From a virus: 64,000 nt of DNA. Below the pieces are notes generated by a model, which saw only the letters and a program-made list of their open reading frames with translations, ran no database searches and was not told the origin of the DNA. Where the stretch lies: IMG/VR virus record IMGVR_UViG_3300037264_006630, positions 64,001 to 128,000 of that record. One strand, given 5' to 3'. The position numbers and the translations under genes were made by a program. The number at the start of each line of letters is the position of its first letter. The first letter of the stretch is position 1. This document shows positions 8,314 through 17,804 of this stretch, piece after piece.

Positions 8314-8331
8314 TGCGACGGGTTGGCGCGG

Positions 8332-11300
8332 TCAGGCCGCCAGGACTTCGTGCGCCAACTCCAAGAGGAAGTTGCCCCCGCCCGCATCGAACTGCGCCAA
8401 GCCGCCAGCCTCGTCGCCGTCGACCAGCTCGGCCGCTCGCATCTTCCGGGCGATCAGGTCGGTCGCTGTCGCCTGCATCGTGCCGGCGTAGGCCAGGAAC
8501 ACGACCCGCACGGGCTTGATCTGCCCGAGCCGCCAACTCCGGCGGATCGACTGGCGCAGCGTGTTGATGCTGTACTCGATCCCGTACTGGACGATCGTGT
8601 TGGCGAACATCAGGTCCAGTCCCGTCTCGACCAACCTCCCGTTGGTGAACATCACATCGAAGCCGTCCTCGCAGCGATCGCGCATCCACTGCTCCCGCTT
8701 CTCGGGATCGACGCTCGAGTCGAGTTGGACGACACGCAGGCCAGAGGCTTCGAGCGCGGCACGGACGCGGGGACGGGCATCGCGGCGCTGGGTCTGGGTG
8801 AAGAACACCAGCACCTTGCGACCCTTGGCGTGCTCCTCGCGCACCAGCGCGATCAGCTCATCGTCCTTGGGGTAGGAGTCCGGCTCGATTGCCGGGGCCG
8901 ACGCCAGGAGGTCGCCGCGCTCACCGTCGTCGTCGGTGTCGTAGATCTCCTCGCTCTGGTCCGGGCGATCGGGGTAGCCGAGGCACGCCTGGAGGTAGGC
9001 GCCGAGCGCCTTGGGGTGCTTGCGGATCAGCTTCTTCAACTTGCCCTGGAGGTCGGCAACCGCCGCGAGGACGGCCGGGTCCGGCTGCACCAAGCGCACT
9101 TCCTCGGTGTAGTCGGGCAGCTCGAGCCGCAGGTCCCGGAGCTTGACGAACACCGTGAAGGGCAAGAGCAGCGGGATCATGGCCGGCGACATGCCTGGGA
9201 TCTCGCGGATGCGCCCGCCGGTGGTGCCCTTCCGGTAGCCGTACGTGCTGGTGCGCTCCTCCTCCTTGTAGACCGTCTCGAAGAGGCCGTGATGCTCGAC
9301 GAAGGTCGCGCAGTCGGTGTGCTTGTACGTGCGGCGGAACGTCGGGGAGAGGCGGAAGAGCAGGTGGAAGATTGAGGACGCCCGGCCGCCGTAGAGCGTG
9401 CCGGTCATGACCAGCACCTTCCGCGCGCTCGAGATCAGTTGGTGGACGGCGCGCGCCTGGTCGGTCTCCCCCTTCGCGTGCTGGTGCGCTTCGTCGACCA
9501 CCAGCACGTAGCGGCGCGCGTAGTGGTCGTGGATGTAGGCCGCCAGCGGCCAGCGCTTGGTGCCCTTGTTCGTGATCGGCACGACCTGCCAGAGCGGGCT
9601 GCGGCACTCGCTGCACTTCGCCTGGACCTTCCGGTCGATGACCTTCACCTCGGCGCCGCATGCCGGGCAGGCGGCGAAGCTTCGGCGCTCCGTGACCATC
9701 TCCGTGCTGGTCTTGTACGGCCACTCGGTCGATCGGGTGGACACCTCGCGCTCGACGATCTCGCTACCCCGGGTCCAGGCCGACTCCCAGCGGCACCCGA
9801 GCTTGGCGACCTCCTTGCTCAAGACCAAGTAGGTGGCCGTCGGGGAGGCAAAGAACGCATCCACGTCCGCCAACTTCCGGGCGATCATCGCGACGCCGCG
9901 CCGGCCAGTGATGGCCGTGATCTCGCGGACCCACTTGCGGGTGAGATGGGTCGGGCAGACGACCACGACCTTCCGCGCGTGCGCCAACTCGGTGGCGACG
10001 GTGGCCACGCTCGTCTTGCCGCACCCCATTTCGCCGCACAGGATCACCTCCTTGTGCCTGCGCCAGCGGTGAACCACGGCCGCCGCCGCCTCGCGCTGGA
10101 TCGGGAGGATCTCTGGCTCGTCCCGGCCGGGCAGGATTCCAGGCGCGGACAGGCCAGTGAAGTCGTAGGCGTCGAGGTCGCTCGGCTTGAACTGCGGGAC
10201 GTGCGCAGCGAGGATGCCGGCCGCCAACTCGTCGCCGTGCTGCGCGAACCAAGCGCTGGTCTTGGGCTGGTCGTCCTCGACTTGCCACGAATCGAGCACG
10301 CCGGTCTTGAGGTCGAGCACCGAGAGGTACGAGGCGATGCGCTCGCGCACGGTCCGCTCGCCCTCGCCCTGGATCTCGACGGTGGTCTTCACGCTCCCGC
10401 CCTTCACGAGCAACCCCCGAGGGATCGGAGCCACCGGATCGCCGCCGCAGGTGGCGGCGCAACCGCCGGACATGTCGGTGAGCTCGAGCCCGTTCAGGGC
10501 GCCGGCCGCCAGGAGCATCGCTTGGTGACCAGGCCGCGGCGCGAGTAGCGGCGCCAGCTCGTGCGCGGCACCCTCGCCGGTGTGGGCGATCCACTGCTGC
10601 GACAGCCACGCGCCTTCATCGTCGGCGGGCGCGTAGCTCTCAGGCGCGCGGCCGATCAGATCGACCTTCGCGGCGATGACCGGGACGCGGATCGGATAGG
10701 GCTCGGCGTCGACCAGCGAGGGCAGACCGTCGGGGTCGTCGAAGCACTCCACGTTGCCGTAGCCGTAGGTCGAGTTGGTGCGCTGCGCGAAGACCACGAC
10801 TTGATCGAAGGCGGTGACCTCGGGGGCCGGGAAGGCGTAGGCACGGATCGACGAGTAGTGGTTCCGCATGAAGGTGCGGAAGGACTCGATGCGCAGGAGC
10901 TTCCGCGGCACGATGTAGATCAGCAAACCGTAGGGGGCGAGGAAGCGAGTCGTCGCGCGCAGGAATTCGATCTCCTGGCGCATGTTGGCGCCCGTCTCGT
11001 CGGTGCCCTCGTCGTACGGTGGGTTGAGGAACAGGATCCCGAACGGCCGCGCCGCCCGGTCCGGCTCGTGCGTGTCGGGGTTGAGCGCTTTGCCCTTGCC
11101 GTCGAGCACGGCGAGCTGGTGGTAGGAGCCGTGCCGCACCCAGATCATCACGCGAGCAGCCATCGCCGCCCGCTCCTGGTGCAGCTCGATGCCGTACGTG
11201 ACAGCGCCCCACAACTTGCCCAGCGCCGCGGCGGCGTACCCCTCGCCAGCGCAGGGATCGAGGAGCGCAGTGCCGGCCGATTCCGGGTCGAGCCGAACGA

Positions 11301-11376
11301 TGCGCCCGATCATCTGGGTCGGGCGGTCCGGGGTCGGGTAGTAGAGCGCCTTGGCGACGGCTTCGAGGCGCGCCAT
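8332..11376 (-). CDS. DNA N6-adenine/N4-cytosine methyltransferase fused to SF2 (SNF2-like) helicase
   Basis: LLDPCAGEG (motif I), YGIEL, FLNPPY (motif IV); CGEMGCGKT (Walker A), VVDEAHQ, MTGTLYGG, TNGRLVETGLDL, QSIRRSWRLGQ. Confidence 0.9.
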   Translation of the reverse strand: MARLEAVAKALYYPTPDRPTQMIGRIVRLDPESAGTALLDPCAGEGYAAAALGKLWGAVTYGIELHQERAAMAARVMIWVRHGSYHQLAVLDGKGKALNPDTHEPDRAARPFGILFLNPPYDEGTDETGANMRQEIEFLRATTRFLAPYGLLIYIVPRKLLRIESFRTFMRNHYSSIRAYAFPAPEVTAFDQVVVFAQRTNSTYGYGNVECFDDPDGLPSLVDAEPYPIRVPVIAAKVDLIGRAPESYAPADDEGAWLSQQWIAHTGEGAAHELAPLLAPRPGHQAMLLAAGALNGLELTDMSGGCAATCGGDPVAPIPRGLLVKGGSVKTTVEIQGEGERTVRERIASYLSVLDLKTGVLDSWQVEDDQPKTSAWFAQHGDELAAGILAAHVPQFKPSDLDAYDFTGLSAPGILPGRDEPEILPIQREAAAAVVHRWRRHKEVILCGEMGCGKTSVATVATELAHARKVVVVCPTHLTRKWVREITAITGRRGVAMIARKLADVDAFFASPTATYLVLSKEVAKLGCRWESAWTRGSEIVEREVSTRSTEWPYKTSTEMVTERRSFAACPACGAEVKVIDRKVQAKCSECRSPLWQVVPITNKGTKRWPLAAYIHDHYARRYVLVVDEAHQHAKGETDQARAVHQLISSARKVLVMTGTLYGGRASSIFHLLFRLSPTFRRTYKHTDCATFVEHHGLFETVYKEEERTSTYGYRKGTTGGRIREIPGMSPAMIPLLLPFTVFVKLRDLRLELPDYTEEVRLVQPDPAVLAAVADLQGKLKKLIRKHPKALGAYLQACLGYPDRPDQSEEIYDTDDDGERGDLLASAPAIEPDSYPKDDELIALVREEHAKGRKVLVFFTQTQRRDARPRVRAALEASGLRVVQLDSSVDPEKREQWMRDRCEDGFDVMFTNGRLVETGLDLMFANTIVQYGIEYSINTLRQSIRRSWRLGQIKPVRVVFLAYAGTMQATATDLIARKMRAAELVDGDEAGGLAQFDAGGGNFLLELAHEVLAA

Positions 11377-11919
11377 CTAGCGAAGCTCCCCGGCGACCAG
11401 GGCATCGCGGACGATCGGCTCCCAGACCTCGCGCTTGGTCGCCACATGCCAGACCTCGCGCCCGTGGCCGGTGACCTCGGTGATGGCGCCGCGCGCGCGG
11501 CCGATGTCCCAGAGCGGCTCACGCCACGCCGCGCGCAGCGGAACCGGGCACCAGCGCGCCAGCCGGTCGAAGTAGCGGCGCTCGGCGTCCGGCCCGGTCT
11601 GGTAGACGTACCCCAGGTCCGGCGCGTTGTGGCCGAGCTGCTGGTGGAAGATCACGCAGTGCAGAAGCCCGCGCTCGAGGGGGGGGTTCACGGTGGTGTA
11701 GGACGCCCGCTCGGACTTCGCGATGTAGGTGTCGCCGACCTGGATCGACTCCCGGCGCCCGCGCCGGCCGACCACCGACAGGGTGGCCCATGCTGCACGC
11801 ACCGCGTTGCGGGGGCCGAACATGGAGATCAGCACCAACTCGGACCGGTAGCCGTTGCCGGTCACGCGCAGCGCGTCGGCATGGCAGGTGAGCGCGCCTT
11901 TGATTGCGAGGAGGATCAT
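11377..11919 (-). CDS. Hypothetical partner of the methylase-helicase
   Basis: 180 aa; stop abuts the methylase ATG; ISMFGPRNAVRAAWA resembles proteins I recall upstream of such fusions in mobile elements. Confidence 0.7.
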   Translation of the reverse strand: MILLAIKGALTCHADALRVTGNGYRSELVLISMFGPRNAVRAAWATLSVVGRRGRRESIQVGDTYIAKSERASYTTVNPPLERGLLHCVIFHQQLGHNAPDLGYVYQTGPDAERRYFDRLARWCPVPLRAAWREPLWDIGRARGAITEVTGHGREVWHVATKREVWEPIVRDALVAGELR

Positions 11920-11957
11920 GGGTAGTCCAGGTATCACGTTGTCGGTGGAGCCCCGCC

Positions 11958-12203
11958 TCAGATGGCGCGGCGAACGAAGCGGATGTCCCGGGCGATCACG
12001 TCGCCGATGCGGTAGACGCCGTGCTGCACCGCAGCCAGGCCAGCGACGCTCATCACCACGGTCCCGTCCGCGATCGACTTCACCCGAGCGGTCACGTCCC
12101 GGCCCGCGTAGTCCTCGAAGACGCACAGACAGCCGGGCTCGAGGTCGGGCGCGATGGTCAGGTGGGCAGCGAGCTCGGGGGCCAGGATCGTCGCGTCGGG
12201 CAT
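11958..12203 (-). CDS. Hypothetical protein, first gene of cassette B
   Basis: ATG 14 nt after the -12 C. Confidence 0.7.
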   Translation of the reverse strand: MPDATILAPELAAHLTIAPDLEPGCLCVFEDYAGRDVTARVKSIADGTVVMSVAGLAAVQHGVYRIGDVIARDIRFVRRAI

Positions 12204-12303
12204 GTCAGGGTGTACTGCACGCGCGGTGCCACTTCGTGCGCGCGTGCAAGTGTACGAAAGCCCCACGCACGGGCCCCCGTGGGGGTGTCATCACGGACGA
12301 CAC
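12201..12303 (-). promoter_or_regulatory. Sigma54-type cassette B (left arm of divergent hub 1)
   Basis: TGGCACC-GCGC-GTGCA (12231-12216), operator 12233-12258, palindrome 12285-12303. Confidence 0.78.
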
Positions 12304-12376
12304 TCGCGCGATCCGGCTGGAAATCAGCCGCGAGAATACGCAACAAGTGAAGCATCCACGCGATGTTGCCACCAGG

Positions 12377-12395
12377 GCGTCGTCGCCACCGACAC
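12377..12395. repeat. Distal/shared 19-bp palindrome of hub 1
   Basis: GCGTCGTCG-C-CACCGACAC, centre 92 bp from 12285-12303. Confidence 0.6.
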
Positions 12396-12490
12396 CGCGT
12401 GACAGGCGGTCACGGCGTCTCCTAACCACGCGGATTGTGGCGGCGGTCGGGCGCTGGTTTCGAGGCCGATCGGCGGCGGCGCGACGAGGT

Positions 12491-12557
12491 TACGCGCGCT
12501 TATACGGGAGCGCAAACGCCGTGACTTGGCCCGCCGACTGCAATACAACTCGGCATG
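12491..12557 (+). promoter_or_regulatory. Sigma54-type cassette C (right arm of hub 1; weak operator)
   Basis: TGGCCCG-CCGA-CTGCA (12527-12542), ATG 12555; degenerate operator 12491-12516. Confidence 0.7.
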
Positions 12558-12824
12558 ACCACGACGCCGAACGAGGCCGCGCCGCCCACCTTCTTCATCG
12601 TCACCGAGGACGGCAACGTCGATGCGCCGGACGTCGACTCCTTCCTCATGGCGGCGAAGATCCTCGGCCACGAGCCCACCGGCGCCCTGCGCCAGCGCGG
12701 CTCGATCCCGCTCCGGCCGGTGCTGCTCGGCCAGCCAACGTTCAAGACCCTCGCCGGCCCCATGTTCGACGGTGGCCGCATCCGCTACGAGACGATCAAG
12801 ATGAACGAGCGCCTCGCGACCTGA
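12555..12824 (+). CDS. Hypothetical protein
   Basis: 89 aa, ATG 14 nt after the -12 C. Confidence 0.75.
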   Translation: MTTTPNEAAPPTFFIVTEDGNVDAPDVDSFLMAAKILGHEPTGALRQRGSIPLRPVLLGQPTFKTLAGPMFDGGRIRYETIKMNERLAT

Positions 12825-12834
12825 GCCCCACCCC

Positions 12835-13203
12835 ATGAGCAACCCCGACCCCGACCGCCTCGCGCTCACCTTCATGCTGGGCGCGGCGACGCGCGCAGGC
12901 GACTACCAGTTGGTGTCCGACGTGGCCCGTGCGCTCCTCGGCAACCCCGAGCTACGCGCCGCTTGCCTCGCCAGGAACGCCGCCAACGTGGTCAGGGTGC
13001 GTGCCCTGATGGCTCTCCGCTTCGAGCCCTGCGACGCCGCCTGCCCCGGCTGGGCCCTCATGAACGAGACCACGCACCCCGAGATCCAGCGCTGTGCCGC
13101 CTGCTTCTATGGCGTCAAGGGACCAACCGACGATGACGTGGGCGCGCTGCCCGAGGCGCAAGCGGCGCTGGCGCAGTACCAGCACAACGACAGCGAGGAC
13201 TGA
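12835..13203 (+). CDS. Hypothetical protein (CxxxC...CxxC)
   Basis: 122-aa ORF. Confidence 0.7.
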   Translation: MSNPDPDRLALTFMLGAATRAGDYQLVSDVARALLGNPELRAACLARNAANVVRVRALMALRFEPCDAACPGWALMNETTHPEIQRCAACFYGVKGPTDDDVGALPEAQAALAQYQHNDSED

Positions 13204-13205
13204 CC

Positions 13206-13454
13206 ATGAACGCCAAGCTCCTGACCGTCGCAGACGTAGCCGCCTACGTGGTCGAACGGCCCTTCATCCCCAACCAGATCGCCGTCCTGATCCAAGACGG
13301 CAAGGCGCCGATCGACATCATCACCTGGCTGCGCGCCGGCATCCGGGCGGCCGGCGACACGGTCAACCCGATCGCCCTGCTCCACTGGCTGGAGCGCACC
13401 TTCCCGCAGGCGTGGCCGCCGTGCCTGCCGGCCACCGAGTTCACCGAGATCTGA
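13206..13454 (+). CDS. Hypothetical protein
   Basis: 82-aa ORF 2 nt after upstream stop. Confidence 0.7.
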   Translation: MNAKLLTVADVAAYVVERPFIPNQIAVLIQDGKAPIDIITWLRAGIRAAGDTVNPIALLHWLERTFPQAWPPCLPATEFTEI

Positions 13455-13465
13455 GCCGCCACCGT

Positions 13466-13523
13466 CTCGCGCGCTCCATCGAGTGTGTGAACTGGCACCC
13501 GAAGTGCAATGCATCCGACCATG
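13466..13523 (+). promoter_or_regulatory. Sigma54-type cassette D
   Basis: Operator 13466-13491, TGGCACC-CGAA-GTGCA (13493-13508), ATG 13521; no palindrome seen. Confidence 0.72.
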
Positions 13524-14426
13524 ACCAACACGACGATCCCGGCCGCGACCGCCGATCACCCCATCGCGAAGTGGTACACGGGCAAGGCCCGCCAGATCAT
13601 CCTGACCTTCGTCCTCCCCACGCTGGCGGAGGCCGAGGCTCTCGGCTACTGGCCGCCCAACACCAGCCGGAAGGTCGCCGCCGCCCTCAACAAGCAGACG
13701 GTGGCGGCGAGGTTCGGCAAGTCGCAGGAGCGCTACACCGGCGGCGGCCACAGCGACAGGTCGCCCGACCTGCTCTCCAACATCGGCGCCCCGGACGCGC
13801 ACCACGCCGAGACCGGATGGCAGCTCGTCCACGCGATGCAGTTCGGGCAAGTCGGCTACGCGCCCAAGGCGCTCGCCCTGGTCGAGAAACTGCGGCCCTA
13901 CGCCACGACGCCGGCGGCTGTGGCTGCGCTCGAGACGGCCGCGCAGTGGGCCCGGGACTTCGCCCCGATCGGAGAGCTGCTCGCCATCCTGGACGCCACC
14001 CGCCCGCGCCCCACGATCGTCCTCGGCTCGCTCTCCCCGACCGTCGCTGGCAACGTGGGAAAGCTGATGGGGATCGACTTCGCAACGATCGTCTACCCGA
14101 AGATCGAGTGGTCTTACAAGTGGATGGAGGTGATGGTGAAGGGGAAGCCGGTGCGGGCTCGCGTGAGCGTCGCGACGATCATCTGGCCGGACGGCACGCG
14201 TCACGACGTGTCGCGCTACGCCCACGGGTCCAAGTCGGGCAACGACCAGTGCCACGCCTGCGGCCACGCCATCTTCGACGGCTTCAACTGGTGCCCCCTC
14301 GTCGCCACCACCGCGGACGGTCCCGTGTCCCTGTGGGTCGGCCGGGACTGCGCCCGCAAGCTCTTTGCGGTCGACGTGAAGGGCGACGCGCTCTACGACC
14401 GCACCGCCGTCTCCGCCCCGGTGTGA
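13521..14426 (+). CDS. Hypothetical protein with C-terminal Zn-finger-like motif
   Basis: CHACGHAI...WVGRDCARKL. Confidence 0.75.
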   Translation: MTNTTIPAATADHPIAKWYTGKARQIILTFVLPTLAEAEALGYWPPNTSRKVAAALNKQTVAARFGKSQERYTGGGHSDRSPDLLSNIGAPDAHHAETGWQLVHAMQFGQVGYAPKALALVEKLRPYATTPAAVAALETAAQWARDFAPIGELLAILDATRPRPTIVLGSLSPTVAGNVGKLMGIDFATIVYPKIEWSYKWMEVMVKGKPVRARVSVATIIWPDGTRHDVSRYAHGSKSGNDQCHACGHAIFDGFNWCPLVATTADGPVSLWVGRDCARKLFAVDVKGDALYDRTAVSAPV

Positions 14427-14440
14427 ATCTGGGACACGGG

Positions 14441-14459
14441 GTGTCGGTGGTGACGACAG
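14441..14459. repeat. Distal 19-bp palindrome of cassette E
   Basis: GTGTCGGTG-G-TGACGACAG, 83 bp from the proximal copy. Confidence 0.7.
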
Positions 14460-14523
14460 GTAGCCGGCAACGCCGCGCGTTCACTGGAGAAAACACCCGG
14501 TATCCATAGGATTCCGGGTGTGG

Positions 14524-14632
14524 GTGTCGGTGGCGACGACACTCCGGACGCCGCGTCCTCCCCGGGCGCCACGTTTCGTGCGCTTCCACGCGTGTGCAAA
14601 CTGGCCCGCACCCTGCAATACACCCAGACATG
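14524..14632 (+). promoter_or_regulatory. Sigma54-type cassette E
   Basis: Palindrome 14524-14542 then TCCGGA, operator 14575-14600, TGGCCCG-CACC-CTGCA (14602-14617), ATG 14630. Confidence 0.8.
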
Positions 14633-15049
14633 ACCACCTCGACGATCTGCGGTACCTGCGGCTGCGACACCACGGCCACCGATGGTCGGGTTGCCTGCTC
14701 CGCCTGCAAGCCGTCGTTCGCCCGGGTCACCCTGACGCTCCCGACCGGCACGGTCGAGCATGCCGAGTTGGCGATGTACGCCTGGTGCGGCGGCGGCACC
14801 CTCACCACCGCGCGCTTCACCGTCTGCGGTCTCGAGTTCGTGGCTCGTCGCTTCTGGCGTCGGGACATGGGCTGCGCTGGCATCGAGCTCTACACCGTCT
14901 GCCGCGGCGGCCTCGGGTCGGAGGATCCGATCGAGGGCTACTACTGCGACGCCAAGACCGACCCGGCGTCGCGCCGCGCCAAGTACCTCATCGCGGCGGG
15001 TCTGGCCGGGACCTCCGATCGCCCCCTGGATCTCGACCTCGCGGCCTGA
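14630..15049 (+). CDS. Hypothetical protein with N-terminal CxxC..CxxC
   Basis: CGTCGC...CSACKP. Confidence 0.72.
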   Translation: MTTSTICGTCGCDTTATDGRVACSACKPSFARVTLTLPTGTVEHAELAMYAWCGGGTLTTARFTVCGLEFVARRFWRRDMGCAGIELYTVCRGGLGSEDPIEGYYCDAKTDPASRRAKYLIAAGLAGTSDRPLDLDLAA

Positions 15050-15083
15050 CCCGCTGGCACGCAGCATGCTCAAGAGGAAAACC

Positions 15084-15398
15084 ATGGCCCGCATCGCTTT
15101 CGACCCCGCCGCCTACGCCCGCCTCTGCCGCCTCGCCACCGCTCTCCAGCGGCTCGTGCAGCGCTGGGAAGGCTACGCGGCCGACGCCCGGGACGATGCT
15201 ACCGAGGCCCGCTGGGTGCTCAACCTGGCGACCGCCCGCGCCTTCCAGCGCGACGTGCGCGCCGACCTCCTGACGGAGACCATCCGGAGCGAGATGGAGC
15301 CCCGACTCCTGACGCGCGCCGTCTACTCCGGCCCGGCTCCGGACCGCTGCAACAGCCGCGAGATCGACGCCGCGCCCTACGTCGCCGACGTTCGCTAA
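15084..15398 (+). CDS. Hypothetical protein
   Basis: GAGGA SD before ATG 15084. Confidence 0.7.
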   Translation: MARIAFDPAAYARLCRLATALQRLVQRWEGYAADARDDATEARWVLNLATARAFQRDVRADLLTETIRSEMEPRLLTRAVYSGPAPDRCNSREIDAAPYVADVR

Positions 15399-15407
15399 CC
15401 AACCCCC

Positions 15408-15447
15408 TTGACCGCGCACGGTTCGTGCGTATGATGGTGTGTATGAA
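15408..15447 (+). promoter_or_regulatory. Sigma70-type promoter with 26-bp operator (15422-15447)
   Basis: TTGACC-N16-TATGAT; TTCGTGCGT-ATGATGGT-GTGTATGAA. Confidence 0.82.
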
Positions 15448-15793
15448 CGCAGCGCAGTTGCAGCCCGTCACGTTCGCGACCGTCATCACCGCGATGACCG
15501 TCGACATCCTCCTGGGCATGACCGACGCCGAGCTCATCGCGGCCTGCACGGACCCGACGAGCCCGGCCTACAAGTTCGTCACCGACACCGACCGGTCCCA
15601 CGCCGAGGAGCAGCTCCGGCTTCGCGCGCCGCAGACGATCGACGAGTTCCGCAACCGCCGCACCCGCAACGCGGCCGTGGACGCCGCGACCCGCGCCGCC
15701 GAGTACCTCCGGTCCCGCCTGGCGGCCCGATGCCGTTCGTGCTGGCGCGTGATCGTCGCTCGCGGACTCTCCACCGAGGAGCGATCGTCGTGA
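15443..15793 (+). CDS. Hypothetical protein, probably leaderless
   Basis: Operator-embedded ATG; MNAAQ... Confidence 0.7.
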   Translation: MNAAQLQPVTFATVITAMTVDILLGMTDAELIAACTDPTSPAYKFVTDTDRSHAEEQLRLRAPQTIDEFRNRRTRNAAVDAATRAAEYLRSRLAARCRSCWRVIVARGLSTEERSS

Positions 15794-16407
15794 CCCTCTC
15801 TCTCGACGCGCCCGGCATGGCGCACACCTCTGACGGACCCGCCAGCCATCCGGGTGCGGCGCCCCTGTCCGCCGCTTCCGCGGAGGTGTGCGCCCCCTCG
15901 GGCTCGTCGATCGTCGGGTCCGTCGCGCTGTTCACTTACAACTGCGACCGCTCCGACGGTTCCAATCACGTCGAATGGCGGAGGCGCACCGGCCAGCGCG
16001 TCACGGTCGTGGCGCTCGACGCCCCCGCCGACGGATGGGCGCGCTCCACCCGCGAGGAGCGGATCGCGGCGGCGATGCCGTTCACCTACACGGTGCGGTG
16101 GGCGGATGGCTTCGAGGGCTCCGTGTTCGAGGACGAGATCTTGCCGGCCGCGGCCAGCGCTCCGGGCGTGATCGTCGGTCGCATCGGCCCCGCCCCCCGC
16201 CCGCCCGTCACCATTGACGCCTCCGTGCTCGCCCTGGTCCGCGCGCCGGTCCACCTGCGCGAGCGCCAGGCCCTCGGCACCTCCTACGCATCCGTGCGCC
16301 AGCTCGCCAGGCTGTCCCGCGCCGACGTCGCCGACGCGCTGGGCTGCGACGAGCAGCGCCTGGCCGACTTCGAGGCCGGGTCGATCCCGATCGACCGGAG
16401 GGGCTGA
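15790..16407 (+). CDS. Hypothetical protein with C-terminal XRE-like HTH
   Basis: VRQLARLSRADVADALGCDEQRLADFEAG. Confidence 0.6.
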   Translation: MTLSLDAPGMAHTSDGPASHPGAAPLSAASAEVCAPSGSSIVGSVALFTYNCDRSDGSNHVEWRRRTGQRVTVVALDAPADGWARSTREERIAAAMPFTYTVRWADGFEGSVFEDEILPAAASAPGVIVGRIGPAPRPPVTIDASVLALVRAPVHLRERQALGTSYASVRQLARLSRADVADALGCDEQRLADFEAGSIPIDRRG

Positions 16408-16409
16408 CC

Positions 16410-16601
16410 ATGTGCACGCCCGACCCCGACGACCTCACCACCGACCCGACGCCGGCGCTGCTCGCGGCCGAGCTCGACTGCTCGCTCAACGACCAGGCCG
16501 ACGAACTGGCCGCGCGCGCCACGTCGCGGCGCGACTTCCTCTACCGCGTCGCCGCGGTGGCCGTGCTGATCGCGGCGGCCGTCGCGTACCGACTCACCTG
16601 A
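16410..16601 (+). CDS. Small protein with C-terminal hydrophobic helix
   Basis: VAAVAVLIAAAVAY. Confidence 0.6.
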   Translation: MCTPDPDDLTTDPTPALLAAELDCSLNDQADELAARATSRRDFLYRVAAVAVLIAAAVAYRLT

Positions 16602-16615
16602 CCCCGAGGATTTCC

Positions 16616-16924
16616 ATGCCCACCGAGATCACCACCCACGGCGCGAACCCGATCGAGTTCTCCGGCGACATGGAAGGCTACATCGTCGTCGACGAGGCGA
16701 AGGCCGCGATCGCTCGCTGCCCGAAGTGCTCGGAGTGCCCCGACCGCGGCCACCACTGGCTGATCGGGTGCATGGATCCAGACGACGACGAAGCCGTCGC
16801 GGAATTCAAGGCGTCGCATCCGCAGGTCAAGCCAACGCGCGGGCTGCTCGAGGCGCACGTCGCCTGCAAGCACTGCCCCGCGGTCCGCCGCTACGACGAC
16901 CGCCGCGATTCGGAGCGCCCGTGA
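16616..16924 (+). CDS. Hypothetical Cys/His-rich protein
   Basis: CPKCSECP..GHHW..CKHC; GAGGA SD. Confidence 0.65.
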   Translation: MPTEITTHGANPIEFSGDMEGYIVVDEAKAAIARCPKCSECPDRGHHWLIGCMDPDDDEAVAEFKASHPQVKPTRGLLEAHVACKHCPAVRRYDDRRDSERP

Positions 16925-17427
16925 CCGCCCCCGACCTCACCGCCGCGCTTGCCCTCGCCGAGGAGGTGGAGCGGCTCGACGATCCGCGCAAGGTTCCCGC
17001 CTCGCCGTGGATCGTCAACAGGTTCGACAACGACGAGGGCGGCGTCGACTACCAGATCCAGTCCGAGGGCACGGCGCCCGACGGCGGCACCGACGGCTCC
17101 ATCGTCGGCTGGTGCGATGAAGTCGAACTGAAGGGCCGTGCCCGTCACACCGCCACGCTCATCGCTGCCTACCGCACCGCCGCCCCCGCACTGGCCGCCA
17201 CCCTCCGCACGCACGCCCCGGTGCTGCGCGCGGTCGCGGAATGGGTCGCGGCGCACCGTGCCTGCGATGCGGCGGGTGAGGAGTGCAGAGCCACGGAGCG
17301 CGGTGGCGTCGCTGCCGGGTTCGATTCGTTGGCCGCCACGCGCGAGCGGTGGAGCGCCGCCAAGCGCCGCCTGACGATCGCCGATGCCGCGCTGTTCGCC
17401 GCCGCGGCCGGGATGGTGTCGCCGTGA
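16921..17427 (+). CDS. Hypothetical protein
   Basis: GTGA overlap; MTAPDLTAALALAEEVERL. Confidence 0.65.
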   Translation: MTAPDLTAALALAEEVERLDDPRKVPASPWIVNRFDNDEGGVDYQIQSEGTAPDGGTDGSIVGWCDEVELKGRARHTATLIAAYRTAAPALAATLRTHAPVLRAVAEWVAAHRACDAAGEECRATERGGVAAGFDSLAATRERWSAAKRRLTIADAALFAAAAGMVSP

Positions 17428-17804
17428 CGCCGGCAGAGCGGGATGCGGTGCGCTACCTAGCGCGGTGCATCGTCGACTGCGAGACGCCGATCCGTGGCCG
17501 CCGCGAACTGGCCCGCGCCGTCCTCGCGTTCGTGCCTCCTGACGGCGCCGGACCGCCGCCCGGGATGCGCGTCTTCTACGACGGCCAGATCAAGATCTAC
17601 GACCACCGCGAGCGCAAGGGTCCGACGCTCATCCTCGACGACACCGACTCCGAGCGCCTCGCATGGGCGCTGCTCGCCGCCGTCGCCAAGGCACGAGACG
17701 CATGCACGAGAGGTGACCGCGGTCCGTACCGATGCCGCGCGGTCCCGGATCGCATCGACGTGATCGCCCGCCTCCGCACCATCCGCGCCGGCGGTGGCGC
17801 GTGA
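17424..17804 (+). CDS. Hypothetical protein
   Basis: GTGA overlap with both neighbours. Confidence 0.6.
   Translation: MTPAERDAVRYLARCIVDCETPIRGRRELARAVLAFVPPDGAGPPPGMRVFYDGQIKIYDHRERKGPTLILDDTDSERLAWALLAAVAKARDACTRGDRGPYRCRAVPDRIDVIARLRTIRAGGGA

Noticed and set aside
14441-14459. Palindromes as intrinsic terminators (many follow stop codons)
   Set aside because: The loop would be 1-3 nt, inner pairs are often mismatched while the outer TGT/ACA is kept, there is no U-tract, and the distance to the -24 box is fixed. Not fully excluded.
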